Below, piece after piece: positions 52,473-61,728 of a stretch of 64,000 nt of DNA (within the stretch, counting starts at the first letter, position 1; each line of letters starts with the position of its first letter). Under the pieces are notes generated by a model that had not been told where the DNA came from, made no database searches, and saw only the letters and a list, made by a program, of their open reading frames with translations. A program made the translations under genes and the position numbers. The DNA comes from an uncultured delta proteobacterium (GTDB lineage Bacteria > Desulfobacterota > Zymogenia > Zymogenales > Zymogenaceae): positions 1-64,000 of the forward strand of contig CAWBYW010000035.1 in assembly GCA_963792965.1 (NCBI GenBank), in the 5' to 3' direction.

Positions 52473-53945
52473 ATGGAACCGAAGATAGACGAACGGCTCA
52501 GATCCATCCTGCCCGACCAGTGCATCAGCGCCGACGCTCACGAGACGGGTACGTCGCTGACCGATAATCCCGTGGTCGACGTTGGAATACCGCCGAGCCG
52601 GATCGTCCGGCCGCAAAACGCAGACGAGCTGAAAAACGTCGTCGAGCTTTCCAACAAAGAACGTCTCAATTTGACGCTCACGTCTTCCACCGGCAGACAC
52701 ACGAAAGGAGGGATCGCGGCACAGCACGAGAGCATCCTCATCGACCTGTCGTCATGGAAGGGACTCGAATGGACCGACCGTCGAAATCGCGTCTGTATGA
52801 TCCAGCCGGGGGTTACGTACGGCGAGCTGTCGGAGGCCCTCGGCAGACACGGCATGGTCGTGCCCATGCCACTTTCCCCCCGAAATGGTAAAAGCGTCAT
52901 TGCGTCGGTGACGGACCGGGAACCCTCAAGTTGGCCCAACAGGCAGTGGGACTTCGGCGATCCCGTCGCAAGCACCGAGGTCATCTTCGGAAACGGCTCG
53001 CCGTTTCGGACCGGGGCGGCGGGCGGCCCCGGCACGCTTGAGATGCAGCGGAAAGCCGGCGGTGCCCAAAAATATTCGGGGGGACCATCCCAGACGGACC
53101 TCCACCGTGTGGTGCAGGGCTCCCAGGGGACCATCGGCGTCATCACGTGGATCACCATCCGCACGGAAATAAAGCCCACGATAAACAAACCGTTCCTCCT
53201 CGGTGCCGAGAGCCTCGACGCCCTGATACCGTTCATTTATGAGATTGGCCGCCCCGGCCTCGGGGAAGAGATCTTCGTGCTGAATCGCCGGGCACTCACC
53301 ATGCTCATCGGAAAAGCAAACGGGGGCTCGCCACGGGACCCCTCCGGCGCCCTCCCCCCATACGTCTGCCTGGTAAATATCGCCGGATTTGAGCGCCTTG
53401 CCCGGGAGCGGGTTCGATATCAGGAACACGATATCCGTAAAATCTCCGATCGATGCGGGTTATCGCTCGCACACGCCGTCGGCCCGGTTTCGGCCGAGGA
53501 GCTCTTGGACACGGCGACCAAACCGTGCGGGGAGATCGACTGGAGACATAAAGCGGCCGGACACTGCCTCTCCGTCTTTTTCCTGTCCACGCTCGATCGA
53601 ACGCCGGCGCTAACCGAGGTCTTCATCAAAACGGCGATCAGACATAAGCTGGACCCCAAAAACGTCGGCGTTTATGTCCAGCCCATCGTGCAGCATCATG
53701 CGTGCCACGTCGAATTCATGTTCCCGTTTGACCCCGAGCGGAAAAAGGATTCGGACCGCGTCCGCTCCTTCGAAGAGGAAGTCGTCATAAAGCTGGCCGG
53801 CGACGGCGCCTTTTTCAGCAGGCCCTACGGCGCCGCCCAAGGAGTCGTATTCCAGCAAAACCCGATCCATCACCGGCTGCTCAAACAGGTAAAAGAGATC
53901 TTTGATCCCCATCGAGTGCTCAACAGGGGGAAGTGGGACCTGTGA
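52473..53945 (+). CDS. FAD-binding oxidoreductase (VAO/PCMH / GlcD-like fold)
   Basis: IVRPQNADEL, ILIDLS, IQPGVTY, EVIFGNG, GSQGTIGVIT, VKEIFDPHRVLNRG. Confidence 0.88.
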   Translation: MEPKIDERLRSILPDQCISADAHETGTSLTDNPVVDVGIPPSRIVRPQNADELKNVVELSNKERLNLTLTSSTGRHTKGGIAAQHESILIDLSSWKGLEWTDRRNRVCMIQPGVTYGELSEALGRHGMVVPMPLSPRNGKSVIASVTDREPSSWPNRQWDFGDPVASTEVIFGNGSPFRTGAAGGPGTLEMQRKAGGAQKYSGGPSQTDLHRVVQGSQGTIGVITWITIRTEIKPTINKPFLLGAESLDALIPFIYEIGRPGLGEEIFVLNRRALTMLIGKANGGSPRDPSGALPPYVCLVNIAGFERLARERVRYQEHDIRKISDRCGLSLAHAVGPVSAEELLDTATKPCGEIDWRHKAAGHCLSVFFLSTLDRTPALTEVFIKTAIRHKLDPKNVGVYVQPIVQHHACHVEFMFPFDPERKKDSDRVRSFEEEVVIKLAGDGAFFSRPYGAAQGVVFQQNPIHHRLLKQVKEIFDPHRVLNRGKWDL

Positions 53946-54000
53946 TCGGCCCCGATAGACGAGCGGGGGTTGCTGACGTTCAAGAAAAAGGGAGTCTTCG

Positions 54001-55731
54001 ATGCTTACCGATAAAGAGCTCCAGACGCTCGAGGATATCGTTTCTCCGCGGTGGGTTTTCACCTCACCGTGCATGATGGACACCTATTCTTTTTATATGA
54101 ATCCCGAGACGCTCAACCGTGAGGGGGGGCGCTGGACGCCCCGACCCGTGGCGGTCGTCCTGCCAAGCAGCACGAAAGAGGTGCAGGAAATCATGCGGTT
54201 CTGCAACTCGACCGACCTCATGGCAAAACCGCTTTCAACGGGATTCCATACCGTTGCGGCGGCATCACGCGACCGGGTGATCGTCCTGGATCTGAAACGT
54301 ATGAACCGGATAATCGATATCGACGTGAAGAATCAGATCGCCATCGTCGAGCCCTACGTCAAGGCCTACGAGCTCCAATCCGAGCTCTTCAAGCACGGCC
54401 TCAACGTGCACATCATATCGTCGGGCAGCAACCATTCCATCCTTGCCTCCCACGCCGCCGCATGGGGATACGGCTTCAGCGGCCCCTCGACAAGCCACAG
54501 CGGCAGGAATCTCTTGGGTGTCGAATGGGTGTTGCCGACCGGCGACGTCTACACGCTCGGCAGCGGCGGCATCGGAACCGGCTGGTTCACCGCCGACGGA
54601 CCCGGCCCATCCATGAGGGGGATCCTTCGGGGATTTTCCGGGACGTTTGGCGGGTTGGGCGTCTTCACCAAGTGCGCGGTGAAACTCTATAATTGGAGCG
54701 GCCCCAGCACCTGGGAGGTGCGCGGGAAGGCCCCGGTCTATTTCCTGAAAGAATGTCCACGCAACATCCGGATGAATATACTCTCCTTTCCCACGGCCCA
54801 GGCCATGAGGGACGCGGGATACAAGCTCGGAGAGGCCCAGATCGAGTTTGCGCAGTTTCGCACCCCCATGTTCTTTGTCGCGCTCGGGCTCACCGAGAAC
54901 AACGAAGAGCTCAAGACGGCCCTGGAAACCGGGATATTCGAAAAGATCGCCAATTACGTGCTGGTCAATGCCGTCGTCGGCAATTCCGAGGGGGAGCTTA
55001 AATGGAAGATGAAGGCCATGAGGGAGATTCTCAAAGAGACCGGGGGCGTGTCGTTTCCCCTCTTCTTGAAGCCTTCCGCGAAGATGCTCGAGATCGTCCG
55101 CAAGATGAGGCGCTCGCCCTTCACGGGTTGGATGATCGACGGCATAAAGGATCCGCTGTTGCCGCTACGACGATTCCCCTTCCTGCAACGGATCGTCGAT
55201 CAGCTTCCTATCGGCCGGCAAAACCGAATTGAGACCTATTCGAGGCTGTTTTGGCTCCTCGTCCGGAACGCCGTGAACACCCAGGCGACCTCGCGTCCTT
55301 CCCAGGGGATGAACACGATGATGGGATCCTTCGATACGTGGGACCTCGGCGTCCGCCAGTCCGAGTGGATCGCGGGGGCTAAGCAAAAATACATCAGGCG
55401 CGGACACATCGTGGACGATGGGGGCGACCTCGGCTGCGGGGGAACGTACGAAGGAGGTCACCTCGGCTACATTGAGGGGATCATCCTCTATAACACGAAG
55501 GACCAGCAGTCCATCATCGATACGGGCGACCTGATCAACGAGGGAATCGACGCCACTATCCAGCAGGCGATGGGTATCCCGATCGCCGGTATGGGCGTCG
55601 CGATGAACGAACGGCTCGGCCCCGCGTGCGGCAATTATCATATATGGCAAAGCAAGATTAAGAAGGCGCTTGACCCGAACAACGCATCCGATCCGTTCTT
55701 CTACGCCGAGCCCGAGAAGGATGAAACGTAA
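54001..55731 (+). CDS. FAD-binding oxidoreductase (VAO/PCMH / GlcD-like fold), second paralog
   Basis: PVAVVLPSSTKEVQ, LDLKRMNRI, IVEPYV, LGVEWVLPTG, GGLGVFTK, IKKALDPN. Confidence 0.88.
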   Translation: MLTDKELQTLEDIVSPRWVFTSPCMMDTYSFYMNPETLNREGGRWTPRPVAVVLPSSTKEVQEIMRFCNSTDLMAKPLSTGFHTVAAASRDRVIVLDLKRMNRIIDIDVKNQIAIVEPYVKAYELQSELFKHGLNVHIISSGSNHSILASHAAAWGYGFSGPSTSHSGRNLLGVEWVLPTGDVYTLGSGGIGTGWFTADGPGPSMRGILRGFSGTFGGLGVFTKCAVKLYNWSGPSTWEVRGKAPVYFLKECPRNIRMNILSFPTAQAMRDAGYKLGEAQIEFAQFRTPMFFVALGLTENNEELKTALETGIFEKIANYVLVNAVVGNSEGELKWKMKAMREILKETGGVSFPLFLKPSAKMLEIVRKMRRSPFTGWMIDGIKDPLLPLRRFPFLQRIVDQLPIGRQNRIETYSRLFWLLVRNAVNTQATSRPSQGMNTMMGSFDTWDLGVRQSEWIAGAKQKYIRRGHIVDDGGDLGCGGTYEGGHLGYIEGIILYNTKDQQSIIDTGDLINEGIDATIQQAMGIPIAGMGVAMNERLGPACGNYHIWQSKIKKALDPNNASDPFFYAEPEKDET

Positions 55732-55747
55732 TAGAGGGAGACTCACG

Positions 55748-56791
55748 ATGAGCAGGTCCGTAATTGAGCAATGGTCCGGTCCCGGGAAAAAGGACGGCAC
55801 GATCAATTTGATCGCGCCCGTCGAGAATGCCGTTCATGAGGTGGAGGGCAGGACGTACCTTGAGTGGTGGTATTTTGACGCCATCCTCGAGTCCGGCCAT
55901 GTGGTCGTGGGGTTTCTCCAGGCATCGGAGCTCTTGAGCCGCAAACCCGGCGTGGAGCTCCACATCTATCAACCCTCGGGAGAGAAGCTGTCGGTGATCC
56001 GTCCCTATACAAAGGCGGACCTGAATATCTCGCCGGAGATATGCGACGTGCGGGTGGGCAACAATAGCGCGAAAGTTACCTACCCTGTCGGAGGGGGCCT
56101 GCCGACTTACCGGCTTCATATCGCCGAGGGGGAGCTTGCGGCCGATCTGACTTTTACCGTTCGGATCCCGGGATGGAGGCCCGGCCAGGGCAAGACGATC
56201 TACGGCAACAGCGGCTATTTCGCCTGGATCGTCCCGATCCCGAGGGCGGACGTCGAGGGCACGATCACGGTCAACGGCACGGTCATTCCCGCCAAGGGCG
56301 TGGGCTATCACGACCACAACTGGGGAACGGCCGACATGAAAAGGATCCTCACCCACTGGTACTGGGGGAGGATCTACGCGGAGGATTTCACGCTGATCTA
56401 TGCCTACGTGCGGACCAACCGGCGCTACGCCAATGCCTGCTCAAAGCCGCTGATGATCGCGCATAAGGATCAGATCATCCAGAGTACCGGCGAGTGGGAG
56501 CTAACCGAAGGCCGGCCCGTCTTCAATAAGAGGGCCAATCGGTCCTACCCCGAGCACGTGACCATCGACGCGCCGGGCGTCTTTTCCCTCCGGCTGGACG
56601 TCAAAGAGGTCATCGACGCGCACGATTTCCTCGAGAATCTGAATCCCGCCCTGCGGTGGGCGATCAACAAGACGTTGGGGCGGCCGGGATACTTCCGCTT
56701 CAAGTCAGACTATCTCCTCAGTGTCACCCACGACGATAAGACGTTCCGCCGCACGGGCGTAACCCCCCATGAGATGGTGGCACTGAAATAG
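55748..56791 (+). CDS. CrtC/AttH-like (hydroxyneurosporene synthase / lipocalin-type Diels-Alderase fold) protein
   Basis: EWWYFDA, GVGYHDHNWG, HWYWGR; GAGGGAG RBS before ATG 55748. Confidence 0.78.
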   Translation: MSRSVIEQWSGPGKKDGTINLIAPVENAVHEVEGRTYLEWWYFDAILESGHVVVGFLQASELLSRKPGVELHIYQPSGEKLSVIRPYTKADLNISPEICDVRVGNNSAKVTYPVGGGLPTYRLHIAEGELAADLTFTVRIPGWRPGQGKTIYGNSGYFAWIVPIPRADVEGTITVNGTVIPAKGVGYHDHNWGTADMKRILTHWYWGRIYAEDFTLIYAYVRTNRRYANACSKPLMIAHKDQIIQSTGEWELTEGRPVFNKRANRSYPEHVTIDAPGVFSLRLDVKEVIDAHDFLENLNPALRWAINKTLGRPGYFRFKSDYLLSVTHDDKTFRRTGVTPHEMVALK

Positions 56792-56887
56792 CCGTCGAGA
56801 TCGAGGCGACACATGCGCGCTTTACAGGATCGTACATCTATGGTATGTAGAGCACGGTCTGTTTAATCCTGAGCGGCAGTAAAGCAC

Positions 56888-57541
56888 ATGACAAAGCATC
56901 AACAGTCACAGGAGACCTGGCGCCAAATCCTGGACTCCGCCGAGGACCTCTTCGCGAAGCAGGGGTACGAGGGCGCCTCCACGCGCGAGATAGCCAGGGG
57001 CGCGGGCATTTCGATCAACACCCTCCACTACCATTGCGGCGGAAAGAGGAACCTCTACGAGAAAGTGCTGGAGAGGGCCGTCGTATCGGTGACGGACCTC
57101 GTTAATGCGCACGTCGACTTGATCCTCCAAAAGGACGTGAACGATGTCGGCATGCTTGAGGAATCGATCACGAGGCTCATCAATGACCTGTTCGATATCC
57201 TCTCCGAGCACCCGAACTACGCCCGGCTCTTTCTTCGCCAGCTGTTGGTCACCGATCTCGACCTGAGGAGCGTCGAGTGGGAAAAGCTTGTCCCGACCAT
57301 TCACCTCTGGTCCGAAAGGATAGAGTCACAGGTGACCGAGGAGAGGCTCGGCGGGATGAATCTCTTCCTTTTCTTCCTCTCCGCAAGCCTCATCTACTGG
57401 GGGCTCTTTGTCCAGCCCAAGTTCATCGCGAAGTATCTCGGGCTCGATCCGGACTCCAATGAGTTTCTCACGGTTCTCAAGAACCACGCAAGAGAAATGA
57501 CGCTCAGGATGATCGAGCAGCGCCGTCCCTCCGGACCATAA
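56888..57541 (+). CDS. TetR/AcrR family transcriptional regulator
   Basis: ILDSAEDLFAKQGYEGASTREIARGAGISINTLHYHCGGKRNLY HTH. Confidence 0.92.
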   Translation: MTKHQQSQETWRQILDSAEDLFAKQGYEGASTREIARGAGISINTLHYHCGGKRNLYEKVLERAVVSVTDLVNAHVDLILQKDVNDVGMLEESITRLINDLFDILSEHPNYARLFLRQLLVTDLDLRSVEWEKLVPTIHLWSERIESQVTEERLGGMNLFLFFLSASLIYWGLFVQPKFIAKYLGLDPDSNEFLTVLKNHAREMTLRMIEQRRPSGP

Positions 57542-57917
57542 CCCTTGTCGCATCCACGGACTCTCCCGAAACCCCTGCCGGACCTATTATAGCGCCCTTC
57601 CCTGCATCGGCGTCCCCGTGCTGCTGAGTGGCGGAGGGAAGGATAGTGGCCGCCGAGCCCCAGGAAAACAACATCTGCCCAACTTTTTCATTTCGATAAC
57701 GTATCGCGTCATTTATATAAACTTCTCTATAATTATGGATTTTTAATATTGACATTCCCGCACGAAACTGCTTTATAGTATTTGAATTTTTCTAAGCCAT
57801 CTTGCATCATGCTCCTGTGGATTTCCCCGTGAAACTGAGCATCCGTTCGTGCCTGCTGCACGAACTCACCATTGGGCAGAAACCTTGCTTTCGCTATCAA
57901 TCTTCGGGAGGTATCCG

Positions 57918-60693
57918 ATGAAATCATATCGACTGTACGCCATCTTGATCTCTCTCCTTGTGATCCTTTCGGCCGGCATATTCGTGCCGGGCGCCGCGCT
58001 TGCGGCGGACACCGATTCGTCTCATTCCGTCTACTTCCGGCCGGCCATCAGGTTCGGGACGGACAACCGGACGCTCTACATCCTCGATCTTTTGGCGCCG
58101 GTCTATCGGGGCGACAAGGACCTCTTCTTTGTCAACGCGAAGTTCACCCCCGACGACCTCGACGCCTGGGAGATCGAACGCGGGCCTCGGGTACCGTCGG
58201 CTCGTCCTGGACGACAAACTCCTTCTCGGCGGGAACCTCTTCTATGACCACCGGAAGACCTCCTACGGCTCCCACTTCAACCAGATCGGGCTGGGCGCCG
58301 AGGCGATGACGGAGATCAAGGGGATCGGCCTGACGGGACGGATCAACTACTATCAGCCGTTCGATAAGGTCAGGAAGGGCGAAGACTCCGCCTACGCCTT
58401 TTACGGCAACGGCATCTACGGCGCCGGCGTCGAGGAGGCGATGACGGGCCTCGACTACGAGGCGGGCGTGCGCATCCCCTTTGTCTCGAACTACGTGGAG
58501 ACCTGGGCCTACGCGGGGGGGTATAACTTCTTCGGAAGCCACGTGCCGGACGTGAACGGGTTCTCGGCCCGGATCGAGGCCATACCCACCGATTTCATGC
58601 GGCTGAACTTCGAGTATAGAAACGATAACGTCGACCACGACCAGTTCTACGGCGAGGTGGCCTTTGAAGTGCCCTTCTCCGTCGGCAACCTCGTGACGGG
58701 CAAGAACCCCTTCGAGGGCCTCGGCTCCCGCATCGGGGGCACCCGGGATCTCAAGGGGCGGATGGTGGAGCCGGTGCGGCGTGATGTGGACATCGTCGTG
58801 AAGGACGGCGCGCTTTCCCCCGAGGAAGCCGCCGCCAACGGCGACATGGCCGCCGGCGCGATCTTCGTCTCCGACAACGCGCCTACCGGCGGGGACGGCT
58901 CATTTGAGCACCCGTACAACAACCTCGGGGACGCGGCCAATGATCTCCGCCTGGGCAACACCATCAGCATCGTTCACGTGCTTCCGGGCAACGGCTCGGG
59001 CCTTTCGGGAGAGACGTTCAACCAGGCGGGCATCACCATCTGGGGCGCGGGGGCGGCTAACCCCGCCTTCCCGAACGTGGTCAACTTCGTGCAGGGCTGG
59101 CCCCTCGTTTACTCGACGCTCTCCATGGGCGGCCCGAACATGAAGGTGCTGGGGCTCAACCTTGACGTCTCGAACTACAGCGCCATAGAGGTTCAGACCG
59201 GCGCCCTGTCCACGGGCTTTTCGATTTTCTCAAACAGGATATCCAACCACGGGGGGATCTACGGGATCCACGCGGAAGGCTTGGGAGACGTCGGCGCGCC
59301 GGGCGCGCCCGCGATCATCTCCGGCAACAGCATCACGGTAGGCTCCGGCAATGGCTTAAACGCGGCGATAGGGACGTATCTCGAATCGTACGAGGGCAAC
59401 ATCTACGCCCGGATACTCAACAACGCGATAACGGACCTCGAAGGCGAATACCACGCGGCCGGAATCGAAGTAACCGCGGACAGCGGAGATTTTATCGGCT
59501 CGATTTCCGGAAACACCATCTCAGGGATCTACTCGGGTGGAGAATCCTACGGGATCTATGTAGGTGCCGGTAATGATTTCAGGGGCGACATTTCTGGAAA
59601 CAGGATCTCCGACATCGATGCCTTTGACAACTACGGGATCTCCGCGATCGGCATCTACGTCGGAGCGGACAACAACATGGCGGCCTCCATCTCCGGAAAC
59701 ACCGTCAGCGGCATCTACGCCGACTATGCCGATGGAGCCTACGCGTCCGGCATCTCTGTAGAAGCGAACGACGGAGACGTTACCGGCTCGATTACCGGAA
59801 ACACCGTCAGCGACGTCAGCGCCTCCGACGCCTATCGTACCGAAGCCAGCGGGATTGACGCTTACGCGGATGGTGATTTTACCGGCTCGATCACCGGAAA
59901 CAGGGTCAGCGGCATCCACGCCGGCCCCGCCGAAGAAGCCTACGCGTCCGGCATCTCTGCAGAAGCTGACAACGGAGACTTTACCGGCTCGATTACCGGA
60001 AACGCCGTCAGCGATGTCAGCGCCTCCGACGCCTACGATGCCGAAGCGTACGGGATTTACATTTATGCGGACGGTGATTTTACCGGCTCAATCTCCAAGA
60101 ACACCGTCAGCGGCATCTATGCCGACTCTAACGGAGAAGCCTACGCGTACGGGATTTACGGTTACGCGAATGGTGATTTCCCCGGCTCGATCTCCAAAAA
60201 CACGATAACGGGGGTGAGCGCCGACGGCGCCGACTGGGGCTCGGCGAACGGTATTGAGGCGGATACGGACGGCATGTTCGGCGGCTCGATTTCCGGAAAT
60301 AAGATATCCGGTGTCGATGGCTGGGATAATGCGGCGGGGATCCGTCTCTCTGCCAACGATGACATCACGGGGTCCATAACGAACAACCTCCTGGAGGTCA
60401 CCGCCGAATATGACGCGTACGGCCTGATAGCGGGTACGTCCGGCTCCCTTGGGACGGCCTCGTCGCCCCTCATCTTCACCGGAAACAGCGGGACCGTCAA
60501 CGCGCTGGCCGCCTATATGGCGTACCTGTATACGGGCACCCCGTCTACGAGCAGCGTCTACATCGGGCACGGCCACGACGACATGGGCGATAACCACTTT
60601 TCCACCACCGGCGCTTGGGCCGGCAACTATCCTGGCTCCGGCGGCCGGATCTGGGCCGAGTGGTATCCGGGCTTTAACTACATCCATCCGTAG
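57918..60693 (+). CDS. Inverse-autotransporter-type beta-barrel protein with a right-handed beta-helix passenger; frameshift near 58176
   Basis: Signal peptide; NAGLGYRRL, LGGNLFYD, QIGLGAE, RMVEPVRRDVDIV (intimin/invasin-type barrel plus linker); GDGSFEHPY; repeated GDFTGSITGNxVSG turns. Confidence 0.8.
59695..60215 (+). repeat. Intragenic tandem repeat, 201-bp period (~2.5 copies) encoding beta-helix coils
   Basis: AACxxxGTCAGCGGCATC recurs at about 59698, 59899 and 60100; copies 1 and 2 are highly similar at nucleotide level. Confidence 0.85.
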
Positions 60694-60733
60694 GTCCTAA
60701 CGGGCCTCGGCACAGCCAGAGGTAAAACGAAAG

Positions 60734-60761
60734 AGGGGAGGGATAAATATCCCTCCCCTTT
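60734..60761. terminator. Bidirectional terminator between convergent genes
   Basis: Stem AGGGGAGGGAT/ATCCCTCCCCT with A-rich left and T-rich right flanks. Confidence 0.75.
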
Positions 60762-60832
60762 CATATTCTCCTCTCGGATTAATGTCTAACGTCGCCCCTC
60801 CCGCGCCGGTCGTCTCTTCCATCGGCGGGCTC

Positions 60833-61426
60833 TCACTTCTTTTCCAGCGCGAAATAGCAGACCTCGTCCCCCTTCGCCATACATTTGGTCTCGCGCGACA
60901 AATACTTCCCTTTCCCGAATGCCCAGTCGGCCAGGAACTGGATTGCCCCCTCATACACGGCGCACATGCTTCGCTTGGTCTTGTTCTTATACTCCAGGCA
61001 CATGAAGCAATCCGGGACCGTCAATTCGTCCGGCTCATTGTCCTTAAGGACGGAGGTCCCCTTGCCGGAAATCACGGAGAATATTTTGAGTCCCTCGTGG
61101 AACTTCTCGAGCTCCGCCAAAGCGTTGAAGTTATCCAGCATGTGGCCCCTCTCCACGGCATACTGCATAACCGTATAGGCGATTCTCCTCCAGAGGCTGA
61201 TAGCGCCGTTGAGCCCCATGACATCGACGATATTCATATAGAACTTGATCTGTTCGGTGGTTGGAATGCACGGCTCAAAATTATATTCCGGAGGATTCTG
61301 TACGATATGTGCGAGCCCCGCGTTCCTGAAGAGCACTTCCGTCCCGTTCTTGCCCATGATCTCCACCATCGCATCGACCGCCCCCCTGATCGCCATGTTC
61401 GTGGCCATTTTCACTTGTTCCGCCAT
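60833..61426 (-). CDS. Stand-alone V4R (4-vinyl reductase) domain protein
   Basis: IMGKNG..VLFRNAGL, DCFMC, MCAVYEG, ETKCMAKGDEVCYF. Confidence 0.82.
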   Translation of the reverse strand: MAEQVKMATNMAIRGAVDAMVEIMGKNGTEVLFRNAGLAHIVQNPPEYNFEPCIPTTEQIKFYMNIVDVMGLNGAISLWRRIAYTVMQYAVERGHMLDNFNALAELEKFHEGLKIFSVISGKGTSVLKDNEPDELTVPDCFMCLEYKNKTKRSMCAVYEGAIQFLADWAFGKGKYLSRETKCMAKGDEVCYFALEKK

Positions 61427-61611
61427 ATACGACCTCACTATGTATATAAAAGTTTTCCCAGTAGATAATTATCACTTTCACCGAAGAAATGGAAGAGAAA
61501 ACAGTATCTTCATTTGCCATTTTCTGAGATACCTGCTTTACGCATCCGCCGGTTTCGCATACCCCTCCGGTCTTCTGATACGTGCTGGATCTTTCCCATG
61601 AGCGTTCTCCA

Positions 61612-61659
61612 AAAATGAATCGGGGAATCGCCCCATCCGCAATTCCCCGATATCATTTT
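61612..61659 (-). terminator. Terminator downstream of the abfD-like gene
   Basis: Interrupted stem AAAATGA.TCGGGGAAT/ATTCCCCGA.TCATTTT, ending in a T run on the minus strand. Confidence 0.6.
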
Positions 61660-61728
61660 ACGCCGCGAGCATGCCCGCCGATGTCAGACCCCGGGCCTGC
61701 CCGTCCCTCGTGACCTTTCTACTTCACC

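Noticed and set aside
57780-57917. c-di-GMP riboswitch before the autotransporter
   Set aside because: Hairpins exist (GTTCGTGC/GCACGAAC), but the GGCAAA...GAAA...GACGCAAA pattern is absent.
59695-60215. Repeat as a DGR template/variable pair or CRISPR
   Set aside because: In-frame coding repeats, differences not adenine-specific, and no reverse transcriptase or cas gene in the window.
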